Shown one piece after another: positions 1-10,222 of a stretch of DNA of 64,000 nucleotides. The notes under the pieces were generated by a model. That model ran no database searches. It saw only the letters and a list, made by a program, of their open reading frames with translations, and was not told where the DNA came from. Made by a program: the position numbers and the translations under genes. How positions within the stretch are numbered: position 1 is the stretch's first letter; every line of letters begins with the position of its first letter. Source of the stretch: Clostridia bacterium (GTDB taxonomy: Bacteria; Bacillota; Clostridia; Christensenellales; CAG-314); NCBI GenBank assembly GCA_028698585.1, contig JAQVWG010000005.1, forward strand, positions 5,983-69,982, written 5' to 3'.

Positions 1-999
1 TTCATCTATAATTATGTGTTTGTATTCAAAACATTTATTACAGTATATTTCAATCAATTTTTCTTTAAGCAGAGAAAAATCAGTGCTGCGAGTTCCGCAC
101 ATTTTACAGGCAAAACCATCAATAGTATAGAATGCAACGTTTTCATAATGATAATTTTCAGATAAAAAATCCTTAAGCTTATTGTTAAAGCATAAAAAAA
201 GCACCTTCTCACCATTTTCTGAATGTCTGCGAGCTTTTTCTAACGCAATCATAGTCTTCCCTGTTCCCGCTACGCCATTAATTACAGCGCTATTTTGATC
301 TTCAAGGTAGTTTAGAATATTAGATTGTTCTTCCAAAAGACGATTAAATGCTTTCCTTCGATTATCTATATCAATAGACATAGAAGGTATAAGATTGAAG
401 CTAGGGCATAATGCATTATCCAATATATACTGGACCTCTCTCTTTGATAAATTAGTTTGCACCCCATTGGGTAAATCTATATCAAATATTGCGTTGATAT
501 CTTTTTGCGGAGAATCCAAAGTTTCCCTCAAAAGGGTTATCCGTTTATCTCCCTCAGCAGGAATTGAGACCGAATTAAACTGCGCTTTACTTATGCTCGG
601 AAACCATACGGCATGTAGAAATTTACAATGTGCTAGAATACTTGTTGCGATATCTGAATTCATTTCTTGTATATAGCTAAACAATTTCCATTTATTATGA
701 TCGGCTTGAGCGTATGGTCCATCTCCATGCATTTTTCTTCCGCTACCGTAATACCACGTTCCATTTCTATATGCAATACCGCTGCCACTCTTAGCCTCTA
801 TACATAAAAGGCCTTTTGTCGCATTAAATATCACGAAATCAGTTTCACTCTCGTATAAAGTATTTGTTACTGTTTTAACTATCTTAAAAGAATGGAAAAC
901 ATAATAATCATCGGGCAGTCTTTTCAAGCTCTCAAACATAATGTCTTCTTGCGACCCAACCTGAATTTCTTTTGGTACATCAGGAAACATTTTTGCCAT
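1..999 (-). CDS. NERD-domain (PD-(D/E)xK-like) nuclease fused to a P-loop SF1-type helicase/ATPase; only the N-terminal 333 codons are in the window (runs off the left edge)
   Basis: Absent from the ORF track because it has no stop in the window. Checked by hand: no TAA/TAG/TGA in this minus frame from 999 to 1. ATG at 999-997 lies 4 nt after the stop of the upstream helicase gene, with an AAGGAG SD inside that gene's last codons. NERD-like core ESETDFVIFNATKGLLCIEAKSG; Walker A INGVAGTGKTMIALEKA. Confidence 0.75.
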   Translation of the reverse strand, partial: MAKMFPDVPKEIQVGSQEDIMFESLKRLPDDYYVFHSFKIVKTVTNTLYESETDFVIFNATKGLLCIEAKSGSGIAYRNGTWYYGSGRKMHGDGPYAQADHNKWKLFSYIQEMNSDIATSILAHCKFLHAVWFPSISKAQFNSVSIPAEGDKRITLLRETLDSPQKDINAIFDIDLPNGVQTNLSKREVQYILDNALCPSFNLIPSMSIDIDNRRKAFNRLLEEQSNILNYLEDQNSAVINGVAGTGKTMIALEKARRHSENGEKVLFLCFNNKLKDFLSENYHYENVAFYTIDGFACKMCGTRSTDFSLLKEKLIEIYCNKCFEYKHIIIDE

Positions 1000-1003
1000 A
1001 GTA

Positions 1004-4000
1004 TTACTCCTTTATAGTGTTTACAAATTCTTCGACATCCATAGCGGAATTTAAACAAAAACATCTATATTCACTTGATGCAGAAAGCATTTGATATTCT
1101 TCATTTTTATCTGTGAAGAATAGTATTATTTTCTTGCGTTTCCACAATAAATCGGCTTGACATATCCTTTCGCCATCAATTCTAATTTGCGAAGCGAAAC
1201 CATCCGGAGAAACGCATGAATCTGTTTCTCTTACTTTATCAATTACTTTGTCAAGAACAGGCAATTCAGATTCTTCAATTTCATCTCTAACGTAATTTAG
1301 CGCTTCTTCTATAGTATGATTTCTTAATGATGTACCTATATCTATAATTCGAACCTCATGTAATACCGTAGCGGCTACTTGATCACCAATGTTTTCCGAT
1401 GTCTCATCCGTAATATCAGCAATGAGCTGTACAGCACCCTGATAATCCGCTAAAAAAGCATGAGCAATCTTATGGTCCAATATGTCATGGAATTTTTGAT
1501 TTTGATAGCTACGCAAGCAATTGTAGCATGAAGTATCGCAGCTACATTCCATATTTCTGAATGCTCTATGCAAAACATTTTGCAGGTTTTTGCCATTTTC
1601 ATCCAATAGTCGACGAACATGTCCTGCCCCGCCGGCTACAGCATCATAAAGAATTAAGGAGTAATTCAAGTCTATGTCTGCGTTGATATACTTTAAGCAT
1701 CCGTTGATATCCGACCTTTCAATATCCATTTCGTCAGATAAAGCATTCAAAACCGCATACATAACGGAAATCATTGTATTATAATCGCAATGTGAATTCA
1801 TAAAATCCATTTGAACTACATCTGTACTGAATAAATGATTAAGTACATTTTTATTTAAATTGTTGCAACCGCAAACTTTTCCTTTGGCGCTCTTATGCTT
1901 CTTTTTGGGCGTAATATAGAGTTGTCCGGACTGCATTCCTTTCATGGCTTCCTTGTCTAGTTTTCCATTTTCATCTCTGATTTTATCTAGAATACCATAT
2001 GAAAATCCGCACCACGGGCAAACGTAAAACAGAGTTTTTGATGTAACCATTATTTTATCGTTTTCTGTAGAGCGCAATATTATTTCTCTATCGCCGACCA
2101 AATACTTATGCTTATTTATCGTTTTACCGTTTCCGATATAAGAATCGTCATTTTTATATATACGATCCGGTTTGCGCATAGGAACTTCATCTTCGCGGCC
2201 GTCAGAAATAAAACCTGCCCTTGGTTCTATTGCTTTGTCCCAATTCGTATATGGCAAATCGGCATTGCAAGCAACGCATGTTTTGCGGGAATTCCTGTCA
2301 ATTTCCGTATCACAGTAATTCCATGTATGACACTTACTGCACTCGCAAACATAAGAATAATAAAAATCTGGTTTACCGTTGCGAATCGACTGTTTTAGAT
2401 ACCTACTAGTATACATTTTATTGTTCGCAACGACCTTTTCTCCTGGTGCATACTCTGATATGGCAAGTTTCAGGTCTCTGGCTAATTGCAATTCCTTTTT
2501 CTTATTATCATCATTATTTACATCTAATTCTACAGTATCAACTGGAAATCCGTATTTAGGCAAAACATTGCCACGTGCAAGAAAATCAATTATTCTTTTA
2601 TCTTTAAACTGTCCCAGTCGATATTTTATCCGACCTGCAGCCGCATAATCTTCATGCGCGACATAAGTAGCTTGTATTTCTTCAAATTCACTAACAGTAT
2701 TGTTATAGTCCTTGATTAGCAAGTTGAAAATGCCTTCGTCTCCAATAAACTTATCTAACCAAGTATAATTACTTATTCCAAACTCGTTATTTAAAGTCGG
2801 GAATGATTTCTTTAGTAAATCACCCAAATCAGCAGGCTTAGTGCGCAGTATATTACAGATTTCATCATAACCGCCTTGGTTTAATATTTTATCCGCACTG
2901 TTTTTGTTAAACAAATCAGGATTTTTCTTAAAGCAATAACTTAATGCTACGGCAAAAATATGTCGCAAAACAACCTTTTCGTTGTCTACTTTAAACAATG
3001 GCGGACATATACTCCCGCTAATCATTCGTCTCGGATCTTTAAAGTAATTGAAATCATGCGAGCTTAGTTTGGCATAAGTCACTGCATATGCTGCCGCGTT
3101 TTTACTTCTGCCGGCACGCCCGGCTCTCTGAGCATAATTTGCAGAAGTTGGCGGTACGTTTCTCAAAAAAACCGTTTCTAATTCACCGACGTCCACTCCC
3201 ATTTCAAACGTAGTGGAGCAAGACAACGCATGAATACGGTTCTTTTCAAAATCTTCTTGATAAAGAAGTCCTTCCTCTCTGCTAAGTTGCGCAGTGTGCT
3301 CTCTAATACATAAAGCCGTCAGTTCGGTTTTCTTATACAAGTCAATATAGTGGTTATTACTATATGCATTTTTGATGTCAACTTCTTCTAGTTCACCATT
3401 GCATCGCAAAATAGGACATTTATCAGCTATGTTTATGGTCGTAATTCTTCCACAGCTCTTGCACTTATACCATTTTATTGATTCATCTCCAAAAACTTTC
3501 ACAACAAAGCATTTCGCAGGCATGTAGTAAAAATTACCATTGCCTTTTTTGGCATGATATTCATTGCGTCTATTGACTATGACATTATCAAAATATTCCT
3601 CAAGAATCTGATTTGCAGTTTTCCCATCAACGCCCAAGCGTTCTATTAATAGTTGCTGCCTGTAATTTTTATACCACGCATCGGCTTTTCCCTCACGATT
3701 GCGTGCTATCCAGCCTGAAAATTCAGGTGATGCACCAGTAGCTTTTATTTTGTATATCGCTTTTTGCCTATATGTATAAAAAATATATTTTCTATCTTCT
3801 TGGTCTATTTCGCTGTCATCTACACCAATGGCACCGAAATATGCGAATGTCATAGCAAGTTCATCCAAAATCGACTTGCATATATTGGGTTGAATGCCAT
3901 ACATCCTACAAAAATAGTCTACCGTTCTTTTATCATTACCTGCATATTTAAACTGTAAAAAGCCCAAGGATGTTAAACTACCGGGGCGACGGCTATTAAC

Positions 4001-6232
4001 CAATTCTGTTAATACCGCTATCCAAGCGTTTTTATTCGATTGAGTTTTTAATTCCGCACGGCTATAATTTGATATTAGCTTTTCCTTGAAGGTTTCTTTG
4101 TTGTAAAAAAGTTTTGATAGTACTTCAACAATATGCTCAGCCGTCCAAGATTCGTCAACCATGTCAGTTCTGTTTTTCTCTATAAGTTGAATGATACCAC
4201 GTCTTCGCAAAAATTCTTTATAGGACTTATCCATATACGAAGCAAAAAACGCAGCTTCACTTCTGCTGTCGGAAAAAGCTAAAAACTGTTTGCCTCCTTC
4301 TCGCTCATATTCGATATCGTCTTCACGCTCAAATACTGTTTTTGAAGGCAACTCCTCAAAAAGCGATGTTGCAATAACAGCGGTAGCAGCCTCATTACCT
4401 AAATAAAACCTATTGTATTTGCCGTTCTGACAATATACACAATTATCCGCATTGTTTTTATATTCCTTAAGAAGGATATAAGGAACTCCGCAATCGCACC
4501 TGGGTTTACCATCATCGAACATTGATATTTTTCCGCATATAGGGCATAGGTAATATTTCTCTATACTACTGTCTTTAGGTAATTTATACTGATTTTCGCC
4601 TTCATCGTCGATTTCTTCCAAATCGTCATATTCTACTTCATCAAAATCCGCATCATCTTCTTTACATATATGAAAATAACGTATTTTTTCATCTCCTTTG
4701 GGATATTGACCGACTTGTTCAATAGCCCCGTCCTTAACCGTACCGACAATTGCTATTTCTCCGCAATTTTTACATAGAGCTAGTTCAAAAACCTTACATT
4801 CGGTTTTGCCGACTGTTTTAGATATTTTTCTTTCTAAATAGATTTCCTTTACGCCATAAAGTGGTGCATATACGCCTTCTAATGCTCTCATAAAAAAATG
4901 ATACCGTGCATCAAGCAATGCTCGATTATTCTTATAGGCCTGTGTGCAGATAAAGATGAAAGCAACAGCATCTCTTATATTAATGTTTAGCATTGAAGCA
5001 AAATCTTTTATATTTGTTGGTTCATGAATGCTATTTCGCATCCTGCGATAAAATGGCGAAGAATAGCATAAGTTATACAAGTTCTCTTCCGTGGCTAATG
5101 ATAAATCATATGGTACGTCGAAATCGGTAAAAACGGACCGAAATTCTTCAGCAGTACAACAATTCACCAATTCCGCAAAAATAGCACTATCTATGGAGCA
5201 CTCTTTTACGCCCGTGAAATCCTCATTGATTCTTTCTCCAAAGACAATACTGCTATTATCAAAGTCCTCTCCGCATAGATTTTCTGCAAATTTTATTATG
5301 TTTCCTTCTGATTTACCTTTTTCGCCAAGGGTGGCGCTCGTAAGAATAAACTGCGCTTTATTTTTTCCGTTTTGTATTCTCGCTTTTAGCCTACGCAGAA
5401 GAAGTGCGGTTTCCATACCAGTTGCGCCGCTATAGATATGAGCCTCGTCCAATACTACAAATTTAAACTTGGAGTTGGAAAAAATCACGTCGTTTTCGGG
5501 GCGCAGTAACATATGTTCAAGCATTGCGTAGTTTGTGCATAAAATATGAGGAGGCCTCTCCCTCATCTGTTCACGTGAAATCCGTTCATTTTCAAGTGAC
5601 GATCTTATCTCTTCGCAATCTTCATTAAAGTGTAAATCATCGTATACGGCTTTTGCATCTTTTTCGGTTTCTTTTGTATCTCCGTTATATACACCGAAGG
5701 TTATACTTGGATAGTACATTAAGATTTCACGCAAGCGCTTCATCTGATCGTTTGCTAGTGCATTCATCGGATATATCAGAATAGCACAAACACCGTCATC
5801 AAGTGAACCTTGTTCTTTTTCTCGTAGTAATTCGTTTATAATCGGAATAAGGAAGCATTCCGTTTTTCCAGAACCGGTGCCTGTCGTAATAACGACGTTT
5901 TTTCCGGCATTGATTTTTTCTATGGCTTTTTCCTGATGTGAGTAAAGTTTGCGGTCTAATGGAAGTTTTCTCTTATGTATTCTATCTGTAGGCTTATTCT
6001 GTTCAATCTCCCTAAATAATGGGGATAATATTTTTCGGTTAATTAAGTCGTTTATAGAAACAGACGGATTGAAAACATCCTTTATATCAACATAAGGACC
6101 TTTTGAAATAGAAAAATGCAACGCTTCCCTAAATTGGTTTTGCAATTCTTCATCCGCAAAATTAAAAGTAGTAGTAATGTAGTCTATGAACTCAGATTTA
6201 ATCTTTTGAGAAACATTGGCTGGGTTAAACAT
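1004..6232 (-). CDS. Giant (1742 aa) SF2 DEAD/DEAH-type helicase with several zinc ribbons and a C-terminal DUF1998/MrfA-type zinc-binding module; DruE-like
   Basis: Helicase motifs TGTGSGKTE (I), VLDEAH (II), TSAT (III), QRAGRAGR (VI). DUF1998 signature CSCDTSCYNCLRSYQNQKFHDILD. The ATG overlaps the stop of the upstream gene (TAATG at 6234-6230). Confidence 0.85.
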   Translation of the reverse strand: MFNPANVSQKIKSEFIDYITTTFNFADEELQNQFREALHFSISKGPYVDIKDVFNPSVSINDLINRKILSPLFREIEQNKPTDRIHKRKLPLDRKLYSHQEKAIEKINAGKNVVITTGTGSGKTECFLIPIINELLREKEQGSLDDGVCAILIYPMNALANDQMKRLREILMYYPSITFGVYNGDTKETEKDAKAVYDDLHFNEDCEEIRSSLENERISREQMRERPPHILCTNYAMLEHMLLRPENDVIFSNSKFKFVVLDEAHIYSGATGMETALLLRRLKARIQNGKNKAQFILTSATLGEKGKSEGNIIKFAENLCGEDFDNSSIVFGERINEDFTGVKECSIDSAIFAELVNCCTAEEFRSVFTDFDVPYDLSLATEENLYNLCYSSPFYRRMRNSIHEPTNIKDFASMLNINIRDAVAFIFICTQAYKNNRALLDARYHFFMRALEGVYAPLYGVKEIYLERKISKTVGKTECKVFELALCKNCGEIAIVGTVKDGAIEQVGQYPKGDEKIRYFHICKEDDADFDEVEYDDLEEIDDEGENQYKLPKDSSIEKYYLCPICGKISMFDDGKPRCDCGVPYILLKEYKNNADNCVYCQNGKYNRFYLGNEAATAVIATSLFEELPSKTVFEREDDIEYEREGGKQFLAFSDSRSEAAFFASYMDKSYKEFLRRRGIIQLIEKNRTDMVDESWTAEHIVEVLSKLFYNKETFKEKLISNYSRAELKTQSNKNAWIAVLTELVNSRRPGSLTSLGFLQFKYAGNDKRTVDYFCRMYGIQPNICKSILDELAMTFAYFGAIGVDDSEIDQEDRKYIFYTYRQKAIYKIKATGASPEFSGWIARNREGKADAWYKNYRQQLLIERLGVDGKTANQILEEYFDNVIVNRRNEYHAKKGNGNFYYMPAKCFVVKVFGDESIKWYKCKSCGRITTINIADKCPILRCNGELEEVDIKNAYSNNHYIDLYKKTELTALCIREHTAQLSREEGLLYQEDFEKNRIHALSCSTTFEMGVDVGELETVFLRNVPPTSANYAQRAGRAGRSKNAAAYAVTYAKLSSHDFNYFKDPRRMISGSICPPLFKVDNEKVVLRHIFAVALSYCFKKNPDLFNKNSADKILNQGGYDEICNILRTKPADLGDLLKKSFPTLNNEFGISNYTWLDKFIGDEGIFNLLIKDYNNTVSEFEEIQATYVAHEDYAAAGRIKYRLGQFKDKRIIDFLARGNVLPKYGFPVDTVELDVNNDDNKKKELQLARDLKLAISEYAPGEKVVANNKMYTSRYLKQSIRNGKPDFYYSYVCECSKCHTWNYCDTEIDRNSRKTCVACNADLPYTNWDKAIEPRAGFISDGREDEVPMRKPDRIYKNDDSYIGNGKTINKHKYLVGDREIILRSTENDKIMVTSKTLFYVCPWCGFSYGILDKIRDENGKLDKEAMKGMQSGQLYITPKKKHKSAKGKVCGCNNLNKNVLNHLFSTDVVQMDFMNSHCDYNTMISVMYAVLNALSDEMDIERSDINGCLKYINADIDLNYSLILYDAVAGGAGHVRRLLDENGKNLQNVLHRAFRNMECSCDTSCYNCLRSYQNQKFHDILDHKIAHAFLADYQGAVQLIADITDETSENIGDQVAATVLHEVRIIDIGTSLRNHTIEEALNYVRDEIEESELPVLDKVIDKVRETDSCVSPDGFASQIRIDGERICQADLLWKRKKIILFFTDKNEEYQMLSASSEYRCFCLNSAMDVEEFVNTIKE

Positions 6233-8928
6233 TATTTGTCCTCCTTATCAAAATAGCAAGAGCTACAAGAAATAATATCTTTAAAGTTTTGAGCTTCGTT
6301 AGTTAATTCTTTACTGACAGTGTTGACGTTCAATAAAGTTATTGGTTCGCTAAGCGCATATATTTTTATTGAATTAATTCCTTTGCGCTCGATTTCAACT
6401 TGCATAGTTTTACGCTTTGGAATATGTAATACTCCCTGATAAACGGGATACAATTCTTCACGCACATAGATTATGTTTTCTATTACATGCCGGTCAAACT
6501 TAATCTTTCCTTTTTCGGTTTTAGTGCTTTTTACAATAATGCTAACGCCGTCGAAGTAGAATTTATCTAAATTGCCAACAATGTAATCCTCATATGTTCG
6601 CAATATTTTAAAATTGGTTTCATAGATTTGATCAGATATAAGGCTTATTCGCAAATTGTAATAACCGTCATGAATATCGTCTGTTTCCAATTTATCTACC
6701 AATCCGCAATTAAACGTGTTAGTTACGTTTTTATCTTCGAACTCTAATGAAAAACGTGCATTGTTGGGGCCAATAAAGCTATTGCCGAAATCTACAGATA
6801 GTATTTTTTCATCGAAGAAAATAAAAGGTTCACCTATCATTTCAGCATCAAAATCAATTTGAGTCAAACAATAATTTTTTTTAGATATTTGTAGTTGTAT
6901 ATTTACTTTAGAAAAGCTTCTGTTCGAAGATATTTGAGTTAGCATCGAACCGAGAAGGAATTTATTATTATCATGTGCGGATTGTTGAAGCTTTTCACCG
7001 CCAATAGTAATATCAATATCAATGTTGCTTTGATTGTCAATCTCAATTATAGAACCGCTATGAATGGATTCATGCCATAAGGGTTTTCGCCTGCATACAG
7101 AAAGCCATTCACCGTCATCGATACGCCAATGCAGATATGAAACTTTTACCATTAAAAGTGCATCTTCTACAGCTACCTTAAATTCATCAATAGAAGCGTC
7201 TACACGAGTTGCCGACAAAATTTCCCCATAATAATTTATTGACAAACTTCCTACGTCGTTATCAAAATAATAATCTTTATCAAAATTTATATGCAATTGT
7301 GGATTTATATAGTAGTTTATTCGATGCAGAGGTTTTTTTAGAGCAGTTATTTCGCTTATAACTAACTTATGAAACCCGATTCCGTTAGCTTGTATGGCAG
7401 AAAGGTCAATAGTAATTTCATTTCCTTCAACTTTTTGAATTAACAAGTTCATGGGCGTAGGTTTTTCATTATGAATGACCACTAATTTGCTGGTATCATA
7501 TTCCACCAATATCATTTTGCAATTGCCGACTTTATAGTAAATGTCATACTCATCCTCGTTCAAAATCATAGTCGAATAAGGAACAGGATTATATCCTAAA
7601 TTAAATCTGGAATTGTGAATTTCTGTATTGAAAAAAACTGTTTTAGATTTGTAAGAAATATAATCGTCTTCAAGAGCATCTAAAACTGCGAAACCTTTTG
7701 GTCCTGAAATATTCCGTATATTGGTATAATCGATTATTTGTAGATTGTATGGATAGAATAGGAAATATTGTCCAGGCTTACAGCTTGATTTAATCTCGCG
7801 AGTTGACTTGAATAAAACATAATCCCTGAAAAGCTTTTCTTTTGAATCGTAGACTTCGATGCCGTCTATTTCCATCGTAATACGGAGGTCAATTTGATCT
7901 TCAAATTCTTCTGCATAAGAAGTTAATGAAATATCGATTTTTTTAATTTTTCTACGAATATCTTTTCCAACAACATTATATTCAAAGTCATCGATAGGAA
8001 TGGAATTGCGATATAGGTGAACTTTTACTTCGCACTTATCTTCATTAAAGATACGGATTTCGGGAATAAACACACATACTTGATTATCTTCATTTAGTTC
8101 GTATCCTGCATATATTTTTGTTAAATCTGTTATGACTTGTTCCTTGCATTGAGAACGTCGACGTCCCTTATTGACGTGTTCTATAGCAAAAAGTTTGGTT
8201 ACTATAGAATTACATATGTCAGAATAATAGTTATTTTCCGCTTGTTGTCCATTGAAATATATACTATCGAATTCCCGAATTGTCCTGTCAATGATTTTAG
8301 CTACCTGCTCGGGACATTGACTACACGCATATTTCATAGCTGCTCGGATAGAGTATGTTTTACCATCAAAGCTCACATCATCATCAAGTGTATTTTCATT
8401 TCCAGCAAACTTACGGGCAAGCATCTTCGCTATTTGTAAATACATATCATTTTGAGGCTGATATGAAAAATCTAAAACATCTTCATCAATGAATAAATCC
8501 CATAGTAACTTAATGAATGCTTCTACCGAAATAGCAGGGGCAAAAGCATTCAGAAGAAATATTTCTCGAAACATTCTTTTCCCACCTTTCGATATAAAGA
8601 TGGTTTTGTTGTATTTCTTTAGAACAACCTCAAATTCATTATAAAACCTAGTAGGACTGATACTGGGGTCATCAAATACCTCACTGAAAATTTTAACCCA
8701 AAACCGTCCCTCATCACCTTCGCCCCATTTTCTAGCCACATTAACGATGGTTACTATTAATAGTTCAATCTGAGAATTTGTGTATGTCTTTGACCAACTT
8801 TGGTTAACACTTTTATAAAAAATTTGACACTCTTGGCACATAGACTTAATTTCGTCTGAATCAAAATAAACATCTCCAATAAAGTCGCTATTTAATGCCT
8901 TAATAATTTTATCTTGAAGTAATGACAT
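6232..8928 (-). CDS. Large (about 898 aa) protein with no recognisable catalytic motif; DruH-like by size and by position upstream of the helicase-DUF1998 gene
   Basis: Long uninterrupted ORF in an AT-rich stretch. Start moved to the Met at 8928 (MSLLQDK...), which has a G-run SD 8-15 nt upstream; the track start 8946 has none. Stop overlaps the next ATG by 1 nt. Confidence 0.7.
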   Translation of the reverse strand: MSLLQDKIIKALNSDFIGDVYFDSDEIKSMCQECQIFYKSVNQSWSKTYTNSQIELLIVTIVNVARKWGEGDEGRFWVKIFSEVFDDPSISPTRFYNEFEVVLKKYNKTIFISKGGKRMFREIFLLNAFAPAISVEAFIKLLWDLFIDEDVLDFSYQPQNDMYLQIAKMLARKFAGNENTLDDDVSFDGKTYSIRAAMKYACSQCPEQVAKIIDRTIREFDSIYFNGQQAENNYYSDICNSIVTKLFAIEHVNKGRRRSQCKEQVITDLTKIYAGYELNEDNQVCVFIPEIRIFNEDKCEVKVHLYRNSIPIDDFEYNVVGKDIRRKIKKIDISLTSYAEEFEDQIDLRITMEIDGIEVYDSKEKLFRDYVLFKSTREIKSSCKPGQYFLFYPYNLQIIDYTNIRNISGPKGFAVLDALEDDYISYKSKTVFFNTEIHNSRFNLGYNPVPYSTMILNEDEYDIYYKVGNCKMILVEYDTSKLVVIHNEKPTPMNLLIQKVEGNEITIDLSAIQANGIGFHKLVISEITALKKPLHRINYYINPQLHINFDKDYYFDNDVGSLSINYYGEILSATRVDASIDEFKVAVEDALLMVKVSYLHWRIDDGEWLSVCRRKPLWHESIHSGSIIEIDNQSNIDIDITIGGEKLQQSAHDNNKFLLGSMLTQISSNRSFSKVNIQLQISKKNYCLTQIDFDAEMIGEPFIFFDEKILSVDFGNSFIGPNNARFSLEFEDKNVTNTFNCGLVDKLETDDIHDGYYNLRISLISDQIYETNFKILRTYEDYIVGNLDKFYFDGVSIIVKSTKTEKGKIKFDRHVIENIIYVREELYPVYQGVLHIPKRKTMQVEIERKGINSIKIYALSEPITLLNVNTVSKELTNEAQNFKDIISCSSCYFDKEDK

Positions 8929-8982
8929 TCTAAATTCCCCCCCCATTGAGCAATTAGCGCATAAGATTTTAATGTTTCATAT

Positions 8983-10194
8983 TTATAGATAATATCCCAA
9001 TAAAAAATCTATTGCATTTATAGTGGTTACCCCGTCGTGGTCTTTTGTGAAAAAATCATCCAAAGTAATAATGTATTTAGGGTAGTTATCTTTGATTTCA
9101 CTAAAAACAGCCAACTCTTGTTTAAGCTTATCATCACTTAAAACGGTTACGGCAACCTGAATGTATTTTAAACTGTCATCATCGCCTTTTACAATAAAAT
9201 CCACTTCCTTGTCATCAACCTTGCCTGTAGCTATTTTATAACGCCTGCGTTTAAGTTCAAAAAACACGAGATTTTCCAGTAGTTGCGAAAGCTCTACGGT
9301 TTTATTGTTAAGAATATAATATTTGAATCCGAAATCGGTAACATAATATTTATTTATCAGTTTCAAATACTCTTTGCCTACAACGTCATAGCGATCCGCC
9401 TTATAAATAAAATAACAATCTTGCAAAGTATCAAAATAACTTGCAACAGTATTGTAGGCAACTCGTGTTCCATTGCTGTTTAGGGTATCGGTGATTTTCT
9501 TTGCTGAGCTAAGGCAGCCGATATTATAAACGATATAGCTCAATATATTTTCAACAATTTGCCTCGTTGCGGCAGAGTTGCGCTTTAAAACATCTTTTTC
9601 AAGTATGGTTTTGTAAACGCCTTGAATATATTCCCTTTGTGCAGACGAGCCGTTGTCAAACATATAAGAGCCGGGCATTGCGCCGTAGGTTATATACTCC
9701 ATAAACAAATCACGTTTATTTTTGTTGCCGTCATTATAGTGGTCGTAATACTCTTTGAAAGAAATAGGCAGTACATTTATTTCTACATAACGTCCGGTTA
9801 AAAAGGTCGCTATTTCGGAAGATAAAAATTTTGCGTTAGAACCGGTCAAATAAACGTCTATATCATCCTTAACAAAAAGACTGTTTACAACTTCTTCAAA
9901 ATTTGCCACTCTTTGTATTTCATCCAAAAATACATAGAGTTTCTTCCCATTACGCTTTGAAATAATATAATTGTATAATGCGTGTTTATCTAAAAACGCT
10001 TCATTTTCCATTTCCTCAAAGTTTATAGAAACAATTTGCGAATCACTGACGCCTTTCTTTTTTAATTCTTTAATATATAAAATAAATATGGTTGACTTTC
10101 CCGCGCGCCTTAACCCGGTCAAAACCTTGATTATTTTCTTATCTTTATAGGTCAACAGCCAATCCACATATTCATTACGTTGTATTAATTGCAT
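8983..10194 (-). CDS. AAA-family ATPase of the AAA_14 + DUF4143 type
   Basis: Walker A LTGLRRAGKST, Walker B LYVFLDEIQ. AGAGGT SD 8 nt upstream of the ATG. First gene of the co-directional block. Confidence 0.8.
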   Translation of the reverse strand: MQLIQRNEYVDWLLTYKDKKIIKVLTGLRRAGKSTIFILYIKELKKKGVSDSQIVSINFEEMENEAFLDKHALYNYIISKRNGKKLYVFLDEIQRVANFEEVVNSLFVKDDIDVYLTGSNAKFLSSEIATFLTGRYVEINVLPISFKEYYDHYNDGNKNKRDLFMEYITYGAMPGSYMFDNGSSAQREYIQGVYKTILEKDVLKRNSAATRQIVENILSYIVYNIGCLSSAKKITDTLNSNGTRVAYNTVASYFDTLQDCYFIYKADRYDVVGKEYLKLINKYYVTDFGFKYYILNNKTVELSQLLENLVFFELKRRRYKIATGKVDDKEVDFIVKGDDDSLKYIQVAVTVLSDDKLKQELAVFSEIKDNYPKYIITLDDFFTKDHDGVTTINAIDFLLGYYL

Positions 10195-10222
10195 TATGTT
10201 ACCTCTTTATTATGCTAATGTT

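Noticed and set aside
2108-2648. Plus-strand ORFs of 60-114 aa lying inside the big minus-strand genes. Examples are 395-676, 2108-2398, 2221-2409, 2379-2648, 3764-3958, 5091-5435 and 8137-8439. Many similar ones occur throughout the window.
   Set aside because: They are antisense shadow ORFs inside long, motif-supported genes. They have low-complexity or hydrophobic translations, no SD, and mostly alternative start codons.
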